64,000 nt of DNA from an uncultured Pseudomonadales bacterium (GTDB lineage Bacteria; Patescibacteriota; Microgenomatia; UBA1400; PJMF01), in contig CAZNOF010000006.1 of assembly GCA_964574595.1 (NCBI GenBank), forward strand, positions 21,532 through 85,531, in the 5' to 3' direction. Made by a program: the position numbers and the translations under genes. Shown one piece after another: positions 48,460 through 56,869 of this stretch; within the stretch, counting starts at the first letter, position 1; each line of letters starts with the position of its first letter. Below the pieces are notes generated by a model. It did no database searches, was not told where the DNA came from, and saw only the letters and a list, made by a program, of their open reading frames with translations.

Positions 48460-51018
48460 TTGTTTTATACTATAATCCAGATTATGCCATTAGAAATTTT
48501 TATTCCTGGTGCTTCTGAGCATCAAGCACCTGAATCGAAACCCCTAGCGAGTGGTCTCGTCATCAATGCTCGAGGCGAAACGCTTGATTCAACACAAAAA
48601 ACCCAATTATTTATTACAAATGAAAAAGGTACAATTAAAGAAGTTGCCCCACTCGGACAAGAAAGACCCACTATGAACGGCGAGTACTCTCCTACCTCTC
48701 ATATTCCACAAGATGAACCAGAAGACATGAGAAGAACACTTGTAGAAACAGAAGCGGTGAAAACAGGACGAGCCTATAAATCAGATACGATCCTCGAAGC
48801 GGTAGCGAACAATGAAATACCCAAACTCTCGCACGGGCTGTACGATTTGGTTTTTGAGTTGGGATCAACAAATATTGACTGGCGAAAAGATGTAGAACCC
48901 ATCTTAACTGCAGCAGGCATCAATACTCTCAATCCAGATATGGGCGCGAACTGGGATCCTAAGCGTGACACGCTAGCTGAAGCATGGGGTTTGGGAAACT
49001 CTGCCGAGCTGGCGATGTATATTGAAAATGCTGCTGACATTAAGGATGGAAGTTTAGGTTCTTTAGTAGAAATCGGTATGTCCGTCTACTCAGCGGTTAT
49101 TAGTGGGCAGCATGTGGATATTCACTTTGACGAACACTTTGAGGAAACCTTAGAAGACCCCGGCGCCATCGCACAATTTGAAGCGTTAAAGACACAACTA
49201 GCAGCAATTCAAAAAAAATACGGTCACTTAGTCTCGGTTGAGTACAATAGTACTCGTCAAAACTATGCTGAGAAAATTCAATTGGCCATGGAGAGACAAC
49301 GGAATCCTGAAACCGCCAACAAGCCAATTACCAAAGAAAAATTGCAAGAATTTGCCGAAAAAAGAAGACAGAGATTGGCAAAAAAGAAACGCAAAGTGGT
49401 TTACGGCGGATCTTCTGCGCCTTTCGATAAATCACTGCAACTCTCCTTTGACACTGAGCAAGACTTAATTCAACAAATTTTTGGTGGCGAAGCAGCTATG
49501 GATGTACTTAACAGAGAGCCACTCAAATCTGCCTGGGATCGTGCCTACGAAGAAGGTATTAGTAAAGATGAGCAGATCAAACGTATGAACTTCTTATTCC
49601 AAATGGAAGCTGGTCCCAAAAGCCAAGCCGACATTTTACTCTGGATCATTCAAGCTAGAGCCGAGTCGATGGCTGCCATAACGGAAACACCGTTCCTGCT
49701 CCTAAATGCTTTAGAAGAAGGGCAACAAGTAGGCGTCCTCTCTGAAGACTTAGATGCTGACTTTTATGTGCAACACCTGTTTGGCAGAAGAGCACCAGAT
49801 CTTGAAAAAACGACTGGACCATTGCCAATTTACGACCAGCTCCGAGATAAACGAGAGACAATTACCTTTAAATCCATCAAAAATGAACCTGAACTCAAAA
49901 AGACTCGGCTCTTCTCACGTGCTGATAATGTCCGTCGCACTCGAGCCATTTCCTCACAGCAGTTACTAGGTATCAATGAAAAGGCCAGAAAAATTGCGGG
50001 TGACGAGGAAATTGAGTTGTTTATCTTTAGTCGAGATTTGACTGATTTTGCACAGAAGTGCCAAATTATTGCCGACAATGAAACCTTTGAGGGTCGTGAA
50101 GTGTTCTACAACAACTTAAGTAAGTTTAACGATAACATGGAGGCCATGGTGGCTGAGCATGCTGGAGATAAAGAACATGCCGTAGAGATTGTTTGGAATG
50201 CGATCAAAGCTGCTGTAGAGCTCAACCCATTTGCGCCATCATTAGAGAAGCACTTGAATGAAGTCAAGGCCACTTGTGCCACTTTGAAAGAATTGGTTGC
50301 GGCTCATCCGGACGCTGATGGCAATCCATACTTAACTCCAGAAGAAATGAAGTTAATGGTTGATTATGTGGCTCCTCTCCACGACATCTTAAAACTCCTC
50401 GGTGCTCCAAATGTCCAAGCTATCCCTGACCATGAAGTCTTTGCTGGATACATCGTAAACACTTACTTTGAGAAACTTGGATTTACTCCACAAGAAGTAG
50501 CATTCATTGCCGGCGTGATTGGCAATCATGAGAACATCTTTAAAGAGAAAGAGCGTGATAAGTACTCTTCATCAGAGAAATCAGTGGACCGAGGAGTTGC
50601 TCTCTTCTTTATCGCAGATGGCTTAACTGGCGTTGTGTCTGAGGAAAATGGGGTCATAAAACTCGATCCAGCTCAACTTGATGAACGTTTCGGCAAGCTC
50701 TATGTCAATCACATGGATCCAGAGACTCGAAAAGTTGCGCTGCCACGACCAGAATGGGGCTTCTCAACCGTCAAAGATTATCTGGCTACGTTTGATACGC
50801 TGGAAGCAAAATACGGCTTCAAATTTGATCCAGGTGCTCGAAAGATGTTGATTGATTCTGCTGTTAAAGCAATTGATACCACGCTCGGGAACAATGGCAA
50901 ACGAAAAGAAGAGGCATCCAACAAAAAACCACTCATGACTGATCCGGAACTGATTAATTTGATGAAAACACGATCGGCACTCAAGAAGATTGGCCGCGAG
51001 CTAGCACCAGCAGCCTAG
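48460..51018 (+). CDS. large multidomain hypothetical protein with C-terminal HD-domain-like motifs (alternative start ATG 48484)
   Basis: 852 aa. C-terminal third contains H...PLHDILKLLG...FFIADG, resembling the H / HD / D signature of HD phosphohydrolases. N-terminal regions unassigned. Confidence 0.4.
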   Translation: MFYTIIQIMPLEIFIPGASEHQAPESKPLASGLVINARGETLDSTQKTQLFITNEKGTIKEVAPLGQERPTMNGEYSPTSHIPQDEPEDMRRTLVETEAVKTGRAYKSDTILEAVANNEIPKLSHGLYDLVFELGSTNIDWRKDVEPILTAAGINTLNPDMGANWDPKRDTLAEAWGLGNSAELAMYIENAADIKDGSLGSLVEIGMSVYSAVISGQHVDIHFDEHFEETLEDPGAIAQFEALKTQLAAIQKKYGHLVSVEYNSTRQNYAEKIQLAMERQRNPETANKPITKEKLQEFAEKRRQRLAKKKRKVVYGGSSAPFDKSLQLSFDTEQDLIQQIFGGEAAMDVLNREPLKSAWDRAYEEGISKDEQIKRMNFLFQMEAGPKSQADILLWIIQARAESMAAITETPFLLLNALEEGQQVGVLSEDLDADFYVQHLFGRRAPDLEKTTGPLPIYDQLRDKRETITFKSIKNEPELKKTRLFSRADNVRRTRAISSQQLLGINEKARKIAGDEEIELFIFSRDLTDFAQKCQIIADNETFEGREVFYNNLSKFNDNMEAMVAEHAGDKEHAVEIVWNAIKAAVELNPFAPSLEKHLNEVKATCATLKELVAAHPDADGNPYLTPEEMKLMVDYVAPLHDILKLLGAPNVQAIPDHEVFAGYIVNTYFEKLGFTPQEVAFIAGVIGNHENIFKEKERDKYSSSEKSVDRGVALFFIADGLTGVVSEENGVIKLDPAQLDERFGKLYVNHMDPETRKVALPRPEWGFSTVKDYLATFDTLEAKYGFKFDPGARKMLIDSAVKAIDTTLGNNGKRKEEASNKKPLMTDPELINLMKTRSALKKIGRELAPAA

Positions 51019-51914
51019 TTTTTACGAAGCTTATAAACGAGTTTTTGATGAACAGGAATAGCTTCAACTGAGAAGCCAAGCTGCTTAAAGCAAGCCATCA
51101 GTTCGGCGTACTGGGCCAAACAATATTCATACCAATTAGTCAATGATTTGGCTTGTTCAAAAACACTTCTGTAGTGAACGACCAGCAGGGTTCCTTCTGG
51201 TTTCATTAATGAAGTGATGTGTCTAGCCAGAAACATCAACTCTGGCGATTTGCCAGACATCAGTTCTTGGGTAGCTGTTTTAAATAGCTCAGCATCTCGA
51301 TATAACTCTTGAATGTGCTGGCCCGACTTTTCCGCCCAAGTATTTAACAAATAATCATCAAGAAAATGATTGGTCGTTACAAGATCGTATTGTGGGTCAT
51401 TTGGCAGAACGAGGAGTTCAGAAACCAGTTTTTTGACAGCGAATTGAGGGTGAAAAAAGCGTAAAACTGTCTCTAATTTCTCCAATGAGGCTAGATCCGT
51501 ATCCAACAACGCAACTTCCCCTGTAAAGTTATGACGAGCCAATGCAATCTCAACTTTGGGAGCCCAGCCAGGCAGCAGATCAATCACGTTCATTTCCGAA
51601 GTCAATTTCACTGATTTCAGTAATTCATACCAGAGGTCTGAAATGTGATGGAAGCCTTCTAAATAACGCATGAACTCAGCGGTTCTTCTGCCTACATCGT
51701 CATGTTGCCTGCCAATGAATTCTGTCTCCGAGTACAGCCCCTTCTCGGCATACTCGACCATAAACTGTAAGTCAAAAGCCACGTTTTCTTGCTCCAAAGG
51801 CGTCAACGTAGAACTCAGTTTTTGCAGGCGGTCTAAGTAAGAAGATATTTGAGAAGAGGTGGATGAGGTGCTCATGAGGAATTGCCGTATAATATCATCT
51901 GGAACACTCGCCAT
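51015..51914 (-). CDS. hypothetical protein with weak Rossmann/SAM-methyltransferase-like motifs
   Basis: VIDLLPGWAP (motif I-like), VALLDTD (motif II-like), DLVTTNHFLDDY (motif IV-like). Start uncertain because the annotated start overlaps the divergent gene. Confidence 0.35.
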   Translation of the reverse strand: MASVPDDIIRQFLMSTSSTSSQISSYLDRLQKLSSTLTPLEQENVAFDLQFMVEYAEKGLYSETEFIGRQHDDVGRRTAEFMRYLEGFHHISDLWYELLKSVKLTSEMNVIDLLPGWAPKVEIALARHNFTGEVALLDTDLASLEKLETVLRFFHPQFAVKKLVSELLVLPNDPQYDLVTTNHFLDDYLLNTWAEKSGQHIQELYRDAELFKTATQELMSGKSPELMFLARHITSLMKPEGTLLVVHYRSVFEQAKSLTNWYEYCLAQYAELMACFKQLGFSVEAIPVHQKLVYKLRKN

Positions 51915-53040
51915 GCAACTTGATCAATCCACCACTTCTGCCGAAGCAATTCAGTTGAGAAAAAAACTGACCAGAATTGCGCGTGGCTTACGACATACAA
52001 CACTGCCTGAAGTTCTTGACTATTCCCTGCCTCAATCCGTCTCATCAGATACGATTCGTTTTAAAGACACCTTCATCTCTCGAAAGCGGATTGTGCTTTT
52101 AACCGGAAGTTGTAGTGTTGCCAGTTGTACGATGTGTCATTTGCCCAATGAAGCACTTTGGAAAGATCGGCCACAGCCCACACAAAAAAACTTGCTGGAT
52201 CAGTTTTCGGCCGCGTTCGCAGAAGACAAGATCAATAATTACGACATGATCACGATTTATAATAACGGCAATTTTTTTTCCGATCGCGAAGTTCCACCTG
52301 AGGTGCGCCTCAAGATTGCTGATCAAATTAATACCGCTGGCTGCAAGTACTTGCTCGTCGAGTCTCTTCCCCAGTTCATCACCTCAACAGCACTTCAAGA
52401 AATGAGTACGGCACTTGGAAATACCAAGCTCGTCCTATCGATTGGTCTCCAATCTGCCAATGACTATGTGCGTGAAGTGGCGGTGAACTCAACTTGTTCA
52501 AAACAACAATTTGAACGAGTGGTCAAGGAAGCCACCGAACTTGGTCACGAGATAATGACCTTCTTAATGCTCAAACCACCTTTTTTAACGGAACAAGAAG
52601 GCATTGATGACATGATTCAAAGCTTAGAGTACCTGACGTCTTTAGGACTCACAGAAACTGCCATTTGCCCAACTCAAGTTTCTGACTTTACGATTGCAGA
52701 TGTCCTTTTCACTGAGAAATCATTTACTCCACCGTGGTTATGGTCGGCGATAGAAGTTTTAAAGATTGCTCAACAAAAAAACCTGACTTTGCCACGCTTT
52801 GCCACATCCGTCTTGAGCTCTTCACATCTTGAGAATTTAAAGTTGGCGTATAATTGTGATCAATGTTCTGATCGATTCATCCATCTTTTAGAAGAATACA
52901 ATAACTCAAGAAATATTGATGCTCTCGTCAATTTTTCATGTTCATGCAAAGAAGAATATGATCGGCAACTTGCCCAAGCAGTCACCTTAGAAAGCTTAGA
53001 ATCGCGCATTACGGCGTTCACTCAAGCCCATTTTGTCTAA
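51859..53040 (+). CDS. radical-SAM-like protein with non-canonical Cx4Cx2C cluster and C-terminal extra Cys motifs (start uncertain; Met at 51916 possible)
   Basis: LLTGSCSVASCTMCHLP (C-x4-C-x2-C). TIM-barrel-like length. C-terminal CDQC...SCSC. Confidence 0.4.
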   Translation: MDEVLMRNCRIISSGTLAMQLDQSTTSAEAIQLRKKLTRIARGLRHTTLPEVLDYSLPQSVSSDTIRFKDTFISRKRIVLLTGSCSVASCTMCHLPNEALWKDRPQPTQKNLLDQFSAAFAEDKINNYDMITIYNNGNFFSDREVPPEVRLKIADQINTAGCKYLLVESLPQFITSTALQEMSTALGNTKLVLSIGLQSANDYVREVAVNSTCSKQQFERVVKEATELGHEIMTFLMLKPPFLTEQEGIDDMIQSLEYLTSLGLTETAICPTQVSDFTIADVLFTEKSFTPPWLWSAIEVLKIAQQKNLTLPRFATSVLSSSHLENLKLAYNCDQCSDRFIHLLEEYNNSRNIDALVNFSCSCKEEYDRQLAQAVTLESLESRITAFTQAHFV

Positions 53041-53043
53041 TAT

Positions 53044-54006
53044 ATGAATATCTCCTCTCCCACTTTTCAAGCCCTTACTAATCCCGTGCTTTTGACAGAA
53101 CTGCAAAACTACCGAAAGAGGCGCGGCTTTGAGGCAGAGAAAGTTGTACAACAAAAACAAGAACTACTGGCAAAATACTGCACGGATTGGCAGATTGACA
53201 CCTTAATTGTGCCAGTTAGCGGCGGAGTTGACTCTGCGGTGGTGGCAGCCTTAACGGCGGTTGTAACACAGAAAAATCAAACGCTCAAAAAAGTGATCCT
53301 GCTTTTTATTCCTCAGTTCAATGAGGGCAGTTCGAACCAAGCCGATGCTCAAAAAAAAGTCGAACTTCTGGCAGACAAACTTCAAGTTGAGCTCATTACC
53401 TTTGATATTTCAAACTTGCACCAAACTGTGATCGAAGAACTCAATAAAAAATCTCTCAGCAGTGGCTGGCTAAAAGGCCAAGTGACGACCTATTTGAGAA
53501 CGCCCGTTTGGTATAGTTTAGCGGCTCAACTAGCCGAGGCAGGCCATCGGGCAATCGTCTCCGGCACTATTAATTTTGATGAAGGCAGCTATCTGGGCTA
53601 CTTCTCTAAAAGCTCTGACGCCATGACTGACATTCAGCTGATTTCCGATTTACATAAGTCGGAAGTCAAAAAAATTGCTGAGTACTTTCGGATTCCTGAA
53701 GAGATTAGAAACGCGATTCCCAACGGGGACATGTATGACAATAGAAATGACGAAGCTGTTTTTGGAACGAGTTATGATTTTGTGGAACTGTATAGTTGGT
53801 TTCTTCAGCTACCTGAAGCGGAGCAAGCACGGAAATTGAAAGGTTGGCCGGCGGCAGCTCAAAAAGAGTTCGAGCGGATGAGAGCAAATCTAGAACGACT
53901 TCATGAATATAATCGGCACAAATATACTGTCGCCCCACAAGGACTGCACTTCACGGTATTTGAGGCAACTATTCCCGGTGGCTGGACATTAGTAAAATAT
54001 GTTTGA
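53044..54006 (+). CDS. nadE: NadE-like PP-loop ATP pyrophosphatase (NH3-dependent NAD+ synthetase family)
   Basis: PP-loop VPVSGGVDSAVVAAL. C-terminal ISDLHKSEVKKIAEYFRIPEEIRNAIPNGDMYDNRNDEAVFGTSYDFVELY matches the NadE L.K.EV..LA..LG.P..I..K.PSA.L..Q.DE...G..Y..LD pattern. Confidence 0.6.
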   Translation: MNISSPTFQALTNPVLLTELQNYRKRRGFEAEKVVQQKQELLAKYCTDWQIDTLIVPVSGGVDSAVVAALTAVVTQKNQTLKKVILLFIPQFNEGSSNQADAQKKVELLADKLQVELITFDISNLHQTVIEELNKKSLSSGWLKGQVTTYLRTPVWYSLAAQLAEAGHRAIVSGTINFDEGSYLGYFSKSSDAMTDIQLISDLHKSEVKKIAEYFRIPEEIRNAIPNGDMYDNRNDEAVFGTSYDFVELYSWFLQLPEAEQARKLKGWPAAAQKEFERMRANLERLHEYNRHKYTVAPQGLHFTVFEATIPGGWTLVKYV

Positions 54007-55732
54007 CCATCGCCTCAATCCGTACTTCCAAAAATGGCTGGGTCTCAATCAGGATGAGCTTGATGCAGCTTTCAGTGCCTTGCCCGATATTGATCAGCTA
54101 AATCCAGAAAACAGATTTTGCTGGAAAGTCTTACGAGACACGCATTACGCCACGGTTTGTGAACAGCTTGACACGCAAGAACTCATTAAAGCAGGTTTTT
54201 TTGATGACACGATTAATTTTCAAGATACGGTCTTCTCACATCAAAAAGTTGCCCAAGTGGGAATTCCAACCCGGAAACTTGATACGTTATTAGGGAAAAG
54301 TTCAAATTCTGCAAAACCAAAAGTCGTTTTGTTAAGTACCGGCGCGTTTGCCCATGCGCACTTTGGTCATATTCATATGATGGAGCAAGCAAAAAAAGCA
54401 GTTGAACAATCTGGGAAAATTGTAGTCGGCGGATTCCTCTCTCCCTCTCACCAAGATTATATTTCTTATAAATTGGGCTCGATCGCACCTCTTTTTTCGA
54501 TTGAGGAAAGATTGGCTGCCTTACGATTATTGACCGATGAATCAGACTGGTTAGACGTGGCACTGACGGAATCCCTTTACCGTAAAACATCCGTCAACTT
54601 CACTGATATCATTGAAAGTTTGCAAATCTATCTTGGAGAACTCTATCCGACGGAATCTATTGAAGTCATCTATGTCTTTGGATCTGATAATGCGAAGTTC
54701 TGTTATGCATTCGCTCATCTTGGTAGCGCCATCTGCGTCCAAAGAGATACTTTTCATGAAGAGTGGCAAACGTATCAGCAGTTATTTAAAACCAACCACC
54801 GAATTTTATTTACCAATGCCATCATCCCGTACTCCACCTATGCATCCTCAAAAAATAGAACCGTCAAATCAGAAACTCCTGCCACGCCAAAGTTAGTGAA
54901 AAAGCATAAAACACTTTTACTTCGTGATGACCGAGACTACCTATTAGAAAAATGGCCGATTGGGAATACAACTCAGTTGAAAACTACCTTGGATTTATTT
55001 CACCAACGCCTAACTCAGCTCTTAGAAGAAGCATTGTCAAAAGACGAAACCTTCAGTTGGCAGGTGATCAAAAATCCCATGAATGAGCAGAAAAAAAAGT
55101 TAGCTGAGCTGATGAGAAATCAGCTTGTGATCAATTTAGATGAATGTACCCAAGGAAGTCACGCTTTGCGTGTGTCACGCTTGTTCTCTTTGTTTGACTC
55201 ACAAACAAAACCACTCAAACTCGTGGCAACTCCTGGCTCTGAATCAATCGAAAAACAGTTAGCGCAAATTCCGGCTGGTAAGTACCAGCTGACGGACGAT
55301 GACATTTCAACTGGTTTTACGACAACACAGGCTCGCAAACTTTTGGAAGCAACTGAGCATCATATTTCTGAAGTGACCAGTCTTTCAACAAACGATGCTT
55401 CGGTGCATGAAGTCTTAGATCTACGGGACTTTCTTGTGGGTGCTCCTGCCAGCGGGTTAGTGATTGAGCTGTCTGACAACAAGTACCGAGTTCCGTACTT
55501 GTGGCCGTATGTCAATATTTCCAGGCGTGGCTCACTACCATTTTTGGCGAGTTTTGAGTTCTCTAAACAGATATGGCAAGCAAATGCGGCGTTTTTTAAA
55601 GCCGTTGCACCTACAATGACACTAAGCGAAATAGATCCATACAGGGCTGAAATCTTTTACTTCTTTGGATTCACCGCACAGACAACAATCGTTGAGCTAT
55701 GTCTGAAACATGTTCAATTACTGAATCTTTAA
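53999..55732 (+). CDS. fusion protein: HxGH nucleotidyltransferase (NadD/NMNAT-like) domain + C-terminal type I phosphoribosyltransferase domain
   Basis: VVLLSTGAFAHAHFGHIHMM resembles the G.F.P.H.GH signature of NMN/NaMN adenylyltransferases (Ala for Pro). C-terminal KYQLTDDDISTGFTTTQA is a PRPP-binding loop of type I PRTases. 577 aa. 8-nt overlap with nadE. Confidence 0.5.
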   Translation: MFDHRLNPYFQKWLGLNQDELDAAFSALPDIDQLNPENRFCWKVLRDTHYATVCEQLDTQELIKAGFFDDTINFQDTVFSHQKVAQVGIPTRKLDTLLGKSSNSAKPKVVLLSTGAFAHAHFGHIHMMEQAKKAVEQSGKIVVGGFLSPSHQDYISYKLGSIAPLFSIEERLAALRLLTDESDWLDVALTESLYRKTSVNFTDIIESLQIYLGELYPTESIEVIYVFGSDNAKFCYAFAHLGSAICVQRDTFHEEWQTYQQLFKTNHRILFTNAIIPYSTYASSKNRTVKSETPATPKLVKKHKTLLLRDDRDYLLEKWPIGNTTQLKTTLDLFHQRLTQLLEEALSKDETFSWQVIKNPMNEQKKKLAELMRNQLVINLDECTQGSHALRVSRLFSLFDSQTKPLKLVATPGSESIEKQLAQIPAGKYQLTDDDISTGFTTTQARKLLEATEHHISEVTSLSTNDASVHEVLDLRDFLVGAPASGLVIELSDNKYRVPYLWPYVNISRRGSLPFLASFEFSKQIWQANAAFFKAVAPTMTLSEIDPYRAEIFYFFGFTAQTTIVELCLKHVQLLNL

Positions 55733-55743
55733 AGCTTCTGCAA

Positions 55744-56841
55744 TTACCCTGAGTGAGTGTACGTTTGTGGAGACTGATTCCACTTATAACTAGAACTGGA
55801 CGGAACACTTGGTGGCTGAGAATTGTATTTAGCCGCTTGAGCTTGAGCTTGTCTGGCTGCTTCTTCAGCTTCTTCTTTAATTCGTTGGCGATTTTTCTCT
55901 TCTCGATACTCTTTAAGCTGGGCGTCCATATCAATTGGCTTTTTCAAAACTTTCACTTTTGTAAACAACTCAATAACTTGACCATCCCTGTGCTCAACTT
56001 CAAACTCAAAGCGTGAGAAATCTCGTCCTGTCTCTGAGTCAATATCTCCTATATTTGCAAAAGAACCTGGGACAACTTGAAACTTTGACTTAGCCCCTGG
56101 GGCTTCTTCAGTCAGTAAGATTGGACGAATGAGGTCGTACTTATCTGGGTCTTTGCACGAGATAATCAGCTCTTTCTCACCATTGGCATTATTGATATAA
56201 AGGATGTCAACTTCATTGCTTGGATCATTAATATCACTCGGATTAAATCGCAAAGTCACGAGCTGGCCGTTACCACCCTTAACTAGACCCTCGATGCGGA
56301 CGATTGGTAACTTCTCGACTTGCTTATCGATGGCTTTCTTGACTTGTTCTCGTTTTGCCATCTCTCTGAATGAATCCATGGCGGAAACAAGCTTGGTATT
56401 TAAACCAATACTCGCTAGAGAAGACTTATCAATCTTGTTATCAATTTCATCAACCCGCAGCTCTAATAAGTCAGCCAAGTTTCCTAAGAATTCATCGCTT
56501 TCATCACCGTAGAACCATTCAAACTTGGTTCCTTGAAGGGCTGCCTTCCCCCCACCATCTCTTACCAGCTTAATAAAGCTTTCGATATTCGCTTTTTCTG
56601 CAGCACTTATTGTTTCCGTGTCAAAAATAAGTTCACCCGTACCAGATTTAAATGCTTTATCTCGTGTCACACCCTGATCATGTTCATCTGGATCAGAGAG
56701 TGGTTTTTCAGAAAAGACGAACTTCTGGTCACCAATAAATTTAGATAGAAAGCTACCCTCTGTAGATTCTTTCTCAGGTGGCAAATCCATTTCAGTTTTA
56801 AATTCTTTTGGATCAAAGCGTCTATTCGGATTTTCTGTCAT
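55744..56841 (-). CDS. hypothetical acidic protein, last gene of the ATP-grasp/AAA/VWA operon
   Basis: 365-aa ORF. C-terminal Q/A-rich tail. No motif. Confidence 0.4.
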   Translation of the reverse strand: MTENPNRRFDPKEFKTEMDLPPEKESTEGSFLSKFIGDQKFVFSEKPLSDPDEHDQGVTRDKAFKSGTGELIFDTETISAAEKANIESFIKLVRDGGGKAALQGTKFEWFYGDESDEFLGNLADLLELRVDEIDNKIDKSSLASIGLNTKLVSAMDSFREMAKREQVKKAIDKQVEKLPIVRIEGLVKGGNGQLVTLRFNPSDINDPSNEVDILYINNANGEKELIISCKDPDKYDLIRPILLTEEAPGAKSKFQVVPGSFANIGDIDSETGRDFSRFEFEVEHRDGQVIELFTKVKVLKKPIDMDAQLKEYREEKNRQRIKEEAEEAARQAQAQAAKYNSQPPSVPSSSSYKWNQSPQTYTHSG

Positions 56842-56869
56842 ACTTTCCTATCTCTTGTAATTTCGTAAT

